Assembly (NCBI GenBank): GCA_012295275.1 | Contig: CM022674.1 | Location: 13,950,001 to 14,014,000, forward strand | Length of the DNA: 64,000 nucleotides | Direction: 5' to 3' | Source: Chrysomallon squamiferum | Taxonomy: Eukaryota > Animalia > Mollusca | Part shown: positions 27,374 through 39,214 of the stretch, piece by piece | Numbering within the stretch: position 1 is the first letter of the stretch | Layout of the letters: each line of letters begins with the position of its first letter | The notes under the pieces: model-generated | What the model was told of the DNA's origin: nothing | Databases searched by the model: none | What the model saw: the letters and a program-made list of their open reading frames with translations, nothing else | Translations under genes and position numbers: made by a program

Positions 27374-28067
27374 TAATAAAACCATGTCATTACAAAGAAA
27401 GAGAAGAAAACAACAATACAAAAAAAATAATAGTACAAAAATAATAACAAATTAAATTTGTTTATGCTGTAAAAACATGAAAACAAATTTATCTCTGGAT
27501 GACATTAAAATGTACATATTTGTTTTTATTACACAGAGGTACAGCAGAGCAGACGACAAGTCTGCAAAAAGAACAAAAGAAAAGAAGAAAAATGAAGAAA
27601 AAAGAACTGGAAATAATTATGGAAAAAAAAGCAGCAAAAGAATGAACAAAAAAATGTTACTAACAAAAAATAATAAAAATAAAAATCAATGAAAAGAAAG
27701 CAAAAAAAACACAAAACAAACTAGATAAACAAGTAAATAAATAAACAGATAAATAAATTAAAAAAGAAGAAGATGAAAAAGAAAAAGAAATAAACAAGCA
27801 ATCAATGAAGCAACCAAAAAAAAAAAAAATAATAATAATAATAATAAAAAAAAAATAAGTGAAAGATAATTAGTAAATTTCCCAATCAAATACCTGTATT
27901 ACAGGAATATTAACACAACTGCTGTTAGTATGAAAATATGTTGACATTTCTGAATAATAATAATAATAATGAAAATGATGATGATGATGATTACAATAAT
28001 AATAATGATGATGATGATTACAATAATAATAATGATGACGATGATGATGATGATTATGATAATAATA

Positions 28068-28368
28068 CAGGTTTATTCATCCTTTTTCAAAATGCTTTGG
28101 ACTGATGTGTTTCAGATTTCTAACTTTTAAAGATTTTGGCATAATTATAAAGAGACAACCTAAGAATAGGATCTAAGTCTAAATACAGATTCCATTTATA
28201 CTTTATATATAGATTATACTCATAGACTTTTAATAATTTTGTACAAATTATATTTTATATATATATATGAAATAATAATCTGATATACGCATTTCTTCTG
28301 TTGAGAAAAAGTGTTCAGATTTCGAAGCCTTTCGGATTTTGAAATATTGTGTACGAAATCTTTAACTG
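28068..28368 (+). mobile_element. Degenerate TcMar-Tigger non-autonomous element resembling Tigger4/MER46
   Basis: TA|CAGGTT...CCTTTTTCAAAATGCTTTGGAC...GTGTTTCAGATTT, internal GGATCTAAGTCTAAATACAGATTCCATTTATA...TTATACTCATAG, and 3' AAAAAGTGTTCAGATTTCGAAGCCTTTCGGATTTTG...AACTG parallel my recollection of the Tigger4/MER46 consensus. Confidence 0.6.
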
Positions 28369-30829
28369 ATAATAATAATAATCATCATAATGATTTATTA
28401 TTGTGCTTATTTCTTGATTTTTCTAAATTCACAAACATAGTAATGTACTAAACAAACTCTTCTAGACAGTGTGGTTTTTACTCCCCGAACAACTTAACTA
28501 GACCACTGACAGACGTAGAATTCTATTTTTAGACATTCCTATTTTCAATAGTTACAGATGGCGGTTGTCGATAGAGTAAGTAAGAAAAATGTTTTCTCAT
28601 CAAAATAAATGTTTTATTACGAACTGGGCTGTTTTCATAACAGACCTCTTTCATTATTAAATAATGAAAAATCAGTAATTGTTGTTGGTTTTACAGAAAT
28701 AGACAAACGAGTGTCGCCATAAACGTGTTACAGTAAAACTTGTGTTAGTCTGCAGAGTGCTGTAAAATATCTAAACATGTATCGTTCTGAAACAAAACAT
28801 TAAAAAACACACACACACACACACACACACACATTCATATATAAATGCGTAGCTATGTATTTTCTTAACATAATTTATTTTTTCTTAAGGAAGTTTTATT
28901 TATAAATATTTTTTTAAGTTACAATATTTTAGTATTTTCCTTTTCACATAAATCATAATCACATAGTAAAAGTTATAATCTTAGAACAAGTTTAATAAAT
29001 TTAATAAATTTTCCTGAATTTGGGGTGGGAATCTTGTAATGATCAAAGCCCCCTCCCAAAAATTAACAGGAAATTGAAATTAACAATAAAATAAAATATA
29101 AAGAAATGCATAAAAGTTTTAGAAATTAAAACTTAAAATAAAATTAAAAATAAAAGTAAAATTTAATTAAAAAGATTAATAAATTGAATTTAAAATTAGA
29201 ATAAAAAAAAACAATTAAAATTTAAAAAAAAAACAAGCAAATTAAAACAAATCTAAATATCAATTAAACATGCAGAAGTAAAAAAAAAGAAGAATAATAA
29301 AATAAAAAATAAATATATTTGCTCCATGACATTTATCTGAATTCTTCAACACTTGATATTTTAATAATTTTATCTTCAGAGGGGAAAAAGAACAAAATTT
29401 GATATGAAATTCAATTTTCTGTGACATTTTCATCACAAGTGGGTGTCAGACAAAACAAGACACAATTCTTCAACATTTGTGTCGAGCTGGTGAGAGGCAA
29501 GATGATATGAGCGATTCGATATGCCGTGACATTTGTTTCAAGAGTGGGAGAGAAATGATGGCAAACTCTGTGAAACACGCTTGATGTGTTTGAGAAACTG
29601 GTTCAACAGCTTCTTGCTGATCATCACTTTAATCTCATGTACATCTAAGATTGAAGATCAATATGAGAAATCAATTTATAGCTCTTGAAAAAGTCCGACA
29701 GAAAAAGTTCAAACTGATATTCTTGACAGATGGTGAAATTAATAGATAGATTGGGACGAGAGAGAGAGAGACAGAGACAGAGACAGACACACTGAAAGAG
29801 AGAGAGACACACATAGAGAGAGAGAGAGGGAGAGTAGAACAAGACAGACAGACAGATACACAAACAAATAAAGATATATAAAGAGGTTGACAGTGGATAA
29901 ATGGATGGGTGGAAGGTTGGAATGAATTGATAATTGAATCAGTGAATAAAAGAAATGGATAAACTGGTGGATGGAAAGATGAATGAATAAATTAATTATG
30001 TAAGGAAGAATGATGTAGACATCAACATACACAGGATAGACAGAAAAATGTAAGAATGGATGGATGGATAAAGGGATGGATGAATAATGTCTGGTTAACA
30101 TGTCAACAATGATGAATGCATTGTAGGATGGATAGAAACAGAGGAATTAAACAATGAATGAGAGAATGAAAAAATGAATGAAAGAATGAATCATGATGAA
30201 ATGATGGATAAGTGAAAAGAAGAATGAAAGAAAAAGTGCAAGTGATAGATGAATTAAAAAGAATGGATGAGAAAATGAATGATCTAACAAAAATACGGAT
30301 GGATGAGTGAAAGGAAGAATGAATAAATTGATAGATGGATGGATGGAAGAAAGGAAACATCTGTGTAGTGTTTAAATTATTGACAGTTTTCAGAGATGTG
30401 TGAGTTTCACACTTGACTGACTTTGAAATGCCTCGCTCACGTTTCATTACACAAAACATTTATTTTGACAAAGACGTGGTACTGACGTCACGCTCCACTG
30501 CACACTGTCAGACTAACATGGAACTTGTCTCGTGTTTCTGTCCTTTGACAGACGGCATGTTTTTGTTCAGCTGTGATCATTTTGAAAAATGGAATGGCTG
30601 TTAATTTCTGTTTATGTATTATTAAAAGGTGTTTGTATAAAACTGGACGGCTGACATGTGAAAATAAATGTTTATAAAACACACTGAAAGTTTGATTGGT
30701 TATTAATTTTTGTTTATTTATTATTAAAAGATTTGTCAACAAAACTGTGGCTATGGCTTAGTGTGTTTGTTTAGCAGAATATGGATCATTAATTATATGG
30801 ATTTTGTTTGGGTTATATTCTGTAAGAGT

Positions 30830-31310
30830 ATCTATGTGTGTGTATATGAGAGTGTGTGTGTGTATGTGTATGTATGTATGTATGTCTGCATGTATGTATA
30901 TGTGTGTATGAGTATTTGGGTGTGTGTATGTATATGTGAGTGTGCATTTGTGTGTGGGTGATGTGTGTGTGAGTGTATGTATATATGAGTGTGTGTGTGT
31001 GAGTGTATGTATATATGAGTGTGTGTTTGTGTGTGGGTGATATGTGTGTGAGTGTATGTATATATGAGTGTGTGTGTGTGAGTGTATGTATATATGAGTG
31101 TGTTTGTGTGTGGGTGATATGTGTGTGTGAGTGTATGTATATATGAGTGTGTGTGTGTGAGTGTATGTATATATGAGTGTGTTTTTGTGTGTTGTGTGTG
31201 TGTGAGTGTATGTATATATGATGTGTGTGTGTGTGTGTGTGTGAGTGTGTTTGTGTGTGTGTGATATGTGTGTGTGAGTGTATGTATATATGAGTGTGTG
31301 TGTATGTGTT
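30830..31310. repeat. Compound (TG)/(TA)-derived minisatellite
   Basis: Repeated unit GTGTGTGAGTGTATGTATATATGAGT with GTGGGTGAT variants. Confidence 0.85.
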
Positions 31311-31481
31311 TATTATCTGTTTGTACAAATGTGTAAAAAAACAAGAACATTTCTGTCACAAACAACAGAAAACTAATTATAAGTAAATATTCACACAACA
31401 CATCACACACACTGGTGTGAACTAAACTGATATCAAATATCAAACATATCACACACTGTCATATATATATACATGTTTTTA

Positions 31482-31516
<35 letters not shown>

Positions 31517-32063
31517 CACACACAGACACCTATATATACAAACATATATCCATACATACGTACATATATTTATGCACACACACACACACACACACAAACA
31601 CATTGGTGTGAACTAAACTGATATTTACTATCAAACTCATCACACACTGTTATATAAGCATATGTTTTTAACATACACATATACATATACACATATGCAC
31701 AGACACACAAACACATGCAAACTTACTGTTTAATTTTAGTACCATGATTATCCTGTTCATTTTAAAATTAAATCTCAATGTTGATTGTTTAAAATTTCTA
31801 TATATTCACATTTATATAAAACAGTGGAAATATAGTACAAGCATGTAAAAATGTATTTTATTACCAAAATTAAATCTTTGAAATGCTGATAACCCACTGT
31901 CTGTTTGTTTGACTGTTTTAGTTTTGATTTGCATCATTACATGGAGCAAATCAGAACTGAACTACGTTGTGTAAAATTTAAACATCTCTTCTCAGATAAT
32001 AATAATAAAATAATAACAAAAACAGCAACAACGAATCTGTAAATAATTAAGTAAATACATTTT

Positions 32064-32103
<40 letters not shown>

Positions 32104-32295
32104 AATAAAATATATTATAATAAATAAATAAATAAACAAACAAATAAATAAATAAAATAAAATAAACAAACAAACAAATGAATACCATCATTCATTCATG
32201 TTATATAACCAAAACCTAAAAGAACATTGAACTAAATACCACTCATAAAAAAATAACAACAAGAATCTTCACAAAAACCTCAAACATTCACTTAC

Positions 32296-32366
32296 CTTGT
32301 AACAGAAATATTTTCTGAACCTCGTTGAAAGACAAACCAGACATGTAATAAAAGCAAGTATTGCAT
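32296..32366 (-). CDS. Possible first coding exon (short hydrophobic leader) of an unidentified minus-strand gene
   Basis: ATG...MQYLLLLHVWFVFQRGSENISVT followed by strong donor AG|GTAAGT; no downstream exon identified before the gap. Confidence 0.25.
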
Positions 32367-32692
32367 CAGGATATACCCCTCTGCCAGACACTTCCATCTG
32401 CCAGACACTCCCCTCTGCCAGACACTCCTCCCCTTGCTGACACAAGAACTTACCCCTAGTACTGCCGTTGTCACTCTTGAAGATGTTGCACACCAGCGTG
32501 GAGCTGTCTGTCAGCTGTAGTGATTGTCAGACGATGAGAAAAACGTTTGTCTAAATTTCCTCGTAAACACACGTGGTGATCCACTCACTAGACTCGCTTA
32601 AAATGTGCTTGAGCTTTTAACAGATCACTCAAGAGATGGTATTGATGTAGTAGTAGTAATTGTGTGATTTTGAGAACAGGAGGCAGAGAGAA

Positions 32693-32794
<102 letters not shown>

Positions 32795-33482
32795 AAAAGA
32801 AGAAAAAGACTGACAGAGGTAAAAGGGAGAAAAAAAGAAGAGAGAAAATAAAAGTAGAGAGAGAGAGACAGAAGAGAAAATAAAGAAACAGAAAAAAAAA
32901 AAAAAAAGAGACAGGCAGATGTAGAGACAAAGAGAGAGAGAGGAGAGGAAGAGAGAAATGAAGAGTTGCCAATCAAACCGAATTATTTTAACAGAAATAC
33001 ACATTTGTCATCTGCTGTGTTTGTTTTAATGTTTTAATTAATTAATGCTTATGATGATGATGATGATGATGATGATGAAGGTGTAGATGATAACAACAGA
33101 TAATGGATGGTGTTATAAAGAAGAAGAAAATGACAATAAACCAGGGGCAATTATGATGACAATGATGCCGATGATGATAATGAAAAATAATATGCATGTA
33201 TTTTAAAATTAATTATAATTCTATTAATTTCAAAACTGATGAACTCACACTGATTTGGAAACAAAATACATGGTAAGTACTGCTCTGTTTTGAAGATTAT
33301 GACAACAGTATAATAATTAATATTTTTTCGTTCAATTGATATTTCTGGCTAAAACAAAAGAAAAAAAGAAATGAATTTATTTTTTTGATATTTAAATTGT
33401 AGTTACTTCTAGATATTGTCTCTTTAATCTGAAAATATCTACTGGCTCCTTTCATATAGTTTACCAAAATGTGCTTAATGAA

Positions 33483-33525
<43 letters not shown>

Positions 33526-34360
33526 ACAAATAAACAAAACAAATAAACAAACAAACAAACAAATAAATAAATATATAAATATATAAATAAAAAAAACTAA
33601 AATAAAAAAAATGAAAGATTAAAAATGAAGGTGACAGAAAACAAGTAACCAATCTGAAAACATACTGCCAGACATAAAATTAAGATAAAAAAATAAAAAA
33701 ATAAGAAAAATAACAAGATCCATCGGGAATCCATTCGTGATGTTTTTACATTAATTTTCTCTAACATGGTTGATAACATTATCTAAACAGCAGTCTCCAA
33801 TTAAACTATTTAAAACAAGAGTAAACGTCGATACTACTATCTTGAAAACAAGCTTTCTGTATTTGTTGTTTTGAAAACTGATTTGAGTGTCAGGGAATGT
33901 AATACTGACTACAGAACATGTTACATGGAAGTGTTGATTATTATTTTATTTTTTATTTTTTAAATATTTTTTCAATGATTTGATTGAAAGTTTGTACAAA
34001 TGTTATATTATTAACAAGAATGTTTAAAATGTAATATGTGATTTTCTTTAAAAATTAAAAATAGTTTAATTTTTTTTAATTTATTGCTTTTTAAAATATT
34101 TTTTATTAAAAAATAGTCATAGAAAATCAAATGTCTTTATTTATTTATTGATTTTTATATATTTTATTTAGAAGATATTACAAAGAATACAATTACTTAC
34201 ACAAAAAGTGCTAGAAAAACTTTCTTTTATTTTTATAATAGGTGTTACATAACATCTATGGAACAAACTGGGTTTTTTTTAAAATATTTTTTATGCAAAC
34301 ATTTCTATACATAAAACAACTTTCAAAAATATTGTATGCAAAAACAAGTAATAAATAACT

Positions 34361-34398
<38 letters not shown>

Positions 34399-35620
34399 TA
34401 ATGAAAAAAAAGTCTAGATGAACTTCACAATATCATTTGTTCAGGATTTCTAATTAATTCACACCTGTATTTTTTTATATCTACATTTTATTTATACACT
34501 GTGTTATTTGACACCTGCTTAATTTCATTCACACATATTTCTCTCACCTTTTAATGATGTTTACCATGGAGTTCTCTAAATCTGTAAGTAATAATAAACT
34601 GATAATAAATTATTGTTATTAAAAAGTGTAAAAAGAAAAGATAAGAAATGATGATATAGACAATTATGATAATAATAACAATAACCGTAATGAAATAACA
34701 ATAATAATAATAACAACAATAATAACAATAACAATAATAATAAGAATAAATATAATAATAATTAATAATGATGATGATGATCATGAAGATGATAAATGAT
34801 GAAGATGATATAATAATTATAATGTTAATAATAAAAATAGTCAATCTATTACTTCAGACTCTGAGTAGATTAGATCCCACAGACTCTGGTACATGACAAA
34901 GTGCACTTACCTCAGAGGTCAATGCACTTGTTACAGCACTAAACTGATTTATGAACAGTGGACGGAAACTGTTATTAAAAAAGGTGTAAAACTGTGTCAT
35001 ACAATATCTTCATTATTTCTCATGGGGGTTACAAGATTTCCCTCACTGGTAGACATCATTTTTACTTGTAATAATAAGAACATAGCTGCTTTATTGAAAG
35101 TGTGAGAATAATAATAACCTCTGCCCTTTTGGTGTTAAACTTTGAGTGTTTTGTGACAGAGGTGAATACAAGTTCAGTATCACATAGAAACTCTCAGACA
35201 TAAAGTTTTATAACAGACTTTATGCAATAAAAGAAAGAAAAAGTCTCTTATTATTATTATTGTTGTTGTTGTTGTTGTTCTTGTTGTTGTTGTTGTTGTT
35301 GTTGTTGAGAGAGAGACACATGTATACATCTCTCTCTCTATCTCACACACAAACACAGACACAGACACACACACACACACAGACACAGACAGACACACAC
35401 ACATACATACACACACACACAGACACACACACACACACACATTAACACACACACTGACAGACAAGTCATATATAAAGGGATGTATGGAAATTCACTAAAC
35501 CCACTTAAACACCTGATGTACAGATTTATCCAGATTTCTCTACTTACACAGTCAGGTTACAAAACAACTTTAATCCAATTACTCATTACTGTCTGTATAT
35601 AGCACCTACAGTCATTCGAG

Positions 35621-35674
<54 letters not shown>

Positions 35675-36282
35675 GTGCATGTATGAGAGAGAGAGAGAGA
35701 GACAGATTGTTATGCTCATAAACATTTTTGTATGTATGTACATATGAAAGTATGTATGTATATATGTATGTATGTATGTGTATGTATATATATATGTATT
35801 TATTTTTGTATGTACATATATGTATTTATGCATGTGTATGTATATATGTATATTTTTTTGAGTTTGTATGTATATATTTATGTATGTGTATATTATGTAC
35901 ATATGTATGTATGTATGTATGTGTTTTTGTATATACAAGTACAGGAATCTTAGGAAATATCAGATTCCTGCAGTTAAACCTGTGAGTGTTGAAACACTTG
36001 GATTCTTGTTCAGTGCAGAAAGTCCACTGGGAAATCTGAGAGTTTTGGCTAAATGATTTGAAATCCCCGGATTACTGTCAAACATTTGATAGCTTGTTAC
36101 TTTTGCGCTTACGTCCTTCGACCAGATTGGAGTTACCTCCCCTGAGACCAGGCCTGTGAACAGTTTGAGTCGTGTAGTTAAACTCGCGACTCTGTAAAGG
36201 AATAATTTCCTTTTCCTGCTTCTTCGTAAAACTGTCTCCAGCGATCTGGTTCCGAGATAAATAATTAATTAACTGCGACAGC

Positions 36283-36625
36283 GACTCGCGTGTGTGTTTT
36301 AACTGTGAGATACAGACGTAGATACACCAGTGACTCGGGTGTGTGTTTTAACTGTGAGATACAGACGTAGATACACCAGTGACTCGGGTGTGTGTTTTAA
36401 CTGTGAGATACAGACGTAGATACACCAGTGACTCGCGTGTGTGTTTTAACTGTGAGATACAGACGTAGATACACCAGTGACTCGTGTGTGTGTTTTAACT
36501 GTGAGATACAGACGTAGATACACCAGTGACACGTGTGTGTGTTTTAACTGTGAGATACAGACGTAGATACACCAGTGACTCGTGTGTGTGTTTTAACTGT
36601 GAGATACAGACGTAGATACACCAGT
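36283..36625. repeat. 49-bp minisatellite, 7 copies
   Basis: GACTCG(G/C/T)GTGTGTGTTTTAACTGTGAGATACAGACGTAGATACACCAGT repeated near-identically; 343 bp = 7 x 49. Confidence 0.95.
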
Positions 36626-37313
36626 GGATATCACATTTATTATCATGACTCGTAATGTTATATATTTATTTAATTCTGAGATGATAAATCTGATGAAAGT
36701 TAAATGAAGAAATGGACAATTGTTTATTGAATTCTTAAATAAGATATGATTTTTTGTTAAAATATCAACAGTTCTCTGATTGATGTATTTTCAGTCACAG
36801 CCAGAGTACCAGAACAGTTTATTAAATGTAACGATATTGTTACCTGTCTGTGGGAAGGTATATATAATAAAAGATCTTTTGCTGTTTTCTCGTAAAAGAA
36901 TAGCTCATGGTGTATATAGCTTTCCGTTTTGTTTTAAATAGTATATCTTACTTCCTTTATAACACACAGACATATATTCACTTTTACACTCTAAATAATG
37001 TGTGTCTGTCTGTATGTGCCAACACACACATACATACACATACAGAAACCCAGAGACCCAAATATGCATCACATGCATATACACATATACACATACATAC
37101 ACATATACACACACATACACATACACATACATTCATACACACACATACATAGATACACATAAATATATGCACAGAAAAATACAAACGCATAATACATAGA
37201 TACACATGCATACACAGAGACACACACACATACACACATACATATATAAACACAAATACATGTACACACATAAATAAACACACAGACACATACACACACG
37301 TACTAACATATAT

Positions 37314-37410
<97 letters not shown>

Positions 37411-39214
37411 CATACAAACACACATACAGACACATACCCACACACTACAGTTTTCAAACAGACATGTTCTAGGATCATGTCCCAGTAATCACTGAGATCT
37501 CACCCAACTGAACATCCACAAAAACACAAAACTAATACATCATCTGTATTTTGTTAGTCTGTAATCATAGAAAACTAATTTTAAAACTGATAGAAATAAA
37601 AGTCACTGAGATTAATCTGTGTCAGGTTGAAAAATGGTGACAGATGTTTCACTCAAAATTTCTTATTTGACTTTATCTACGCTAACCTATTTTTATTTGT
37701 TTAAAAACACGTGTGAGTTAAACGTTTTGTTTCTGACTGACTTTTATATGTGTTTTCCATGATGTGGATTAATAGATAGTGTTTTGTTACAGTGGATGTC
37801 TAAGTCTAGGTTGCCCCATTCTAAACTACTTTATGTATGTATTTATGTATGGGTTTCTTTTCCTTAACGCCTTTTCTTTTTACTACATGTTGTTGTTGTT
37901 GTCATTCTTCATCTTCTTCTTCATCTTCTTCTTTTGTATATATAGCTTTTTTTATTTTTGTTTGTTGATTTCTTTTAAATCATAAGCAAGAATAATGATA
38001 CCTTTATCACTGTTGTCATCCATATTATTTATTCTGTAATTATTTTCATTGTGATTGTTGTTGTTGACATTATTATTGACAGTGTATTATTACTATAACC
38101 ACCATATCTACTAATACCACCAGAACTACAGCTATTACTATCACTACTACTACAATATCCACTAATACCACCAGTACCATTACTATTACTGTCACCACTA
38201 CTACTATAACTAGCATATTTTACTAATATCACAAGTACAGTGTCGCCATCAACAATTGCACTACCATATGAACTAATACAACCAGTACCGCCGCTATTAC
38301 CATTGCCAGTTGTGAAGACAAGTTACTCAGTCTGTCAGGATTTTTTCTTCACACAGTGTCATAATAAAAGTAAAAATGTCAGTGCATGAATATCCTGAAA
38401 TTTTCTAAAACATATCACTGATATATCAGGTGAACCAAAAAAATAAACCCTGAATTTTATCTCAAAAACCACTTTTGGTAACTTTCTAATTATAATTGAA
38501 TGTGTGTGTGTGTGTGTGCAATGAAATTCATTCAGACTTCCAAACAATTGACAAGTCTTAAACACCATCACAGTGTTGGAATACATTCTCAATGTTTGCA
38601 GATTTTCTCTACAAGAACAAACTACTATGACAACTGCTATCACCACTACAACTACAATTTTTGCTACCAATAATAATACTGACAACAGCTACCTCTACTA
38701 ATATTATTGCTTTTACAACAACAAACAAGTACTACAGCTAGTACAACAACAACTACTACTACTACAGGTACTACTGCTAGCATAACAACAACTACTACTA
38801 CAGACACTACTTCTGGTACAACAACAGCTACTTTAAGATACTACTGCTACATTTTTCTAAGTGCTACTGGTAATACAATAACAATTACTTCTAATAGTTG
38901 TACTGATATCTGACATGCTGCTGATAATATTACTGACATAATACTCATCACAACAACATCAACTACTGTTAGTTCAACAGCTACCACAACAACAACTACT
39001 ACTAATACAGATATCATTGATACTGCTACTGGTATTACAATAACAACAATTACTATTACTACTATTACCAACACTACTGCTACTACTACTAGCACTACTA
39101 CACATATACTAATAAAAGTACTGCTATGATACTCATGTTACATCAACCACAAACACTTCTACTGATACTACAGCTACCATAACAGAACTGATATCAATAA
39201 TCTCACTGTGGATT

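Noticed and set aside
28558-28581. ATGGCGG...AGA|GTAAGT possible first exon on the plus strand
   Set aside because: Only six codons and no linked downstream exon identified.
27374-30700. Search for the remaining kinase exons (subdomains IX-XI) after the gap
   Set aside because: No WE/PF/RP/CW-type motifs found; sequence beyond the gap may not be contiguous with the gene.
36283-36625. CRISPR-like regular repeat
   Set aside because: Units are contiguous with no unique spacers, the context is eukaryotic and there are no cas genes.
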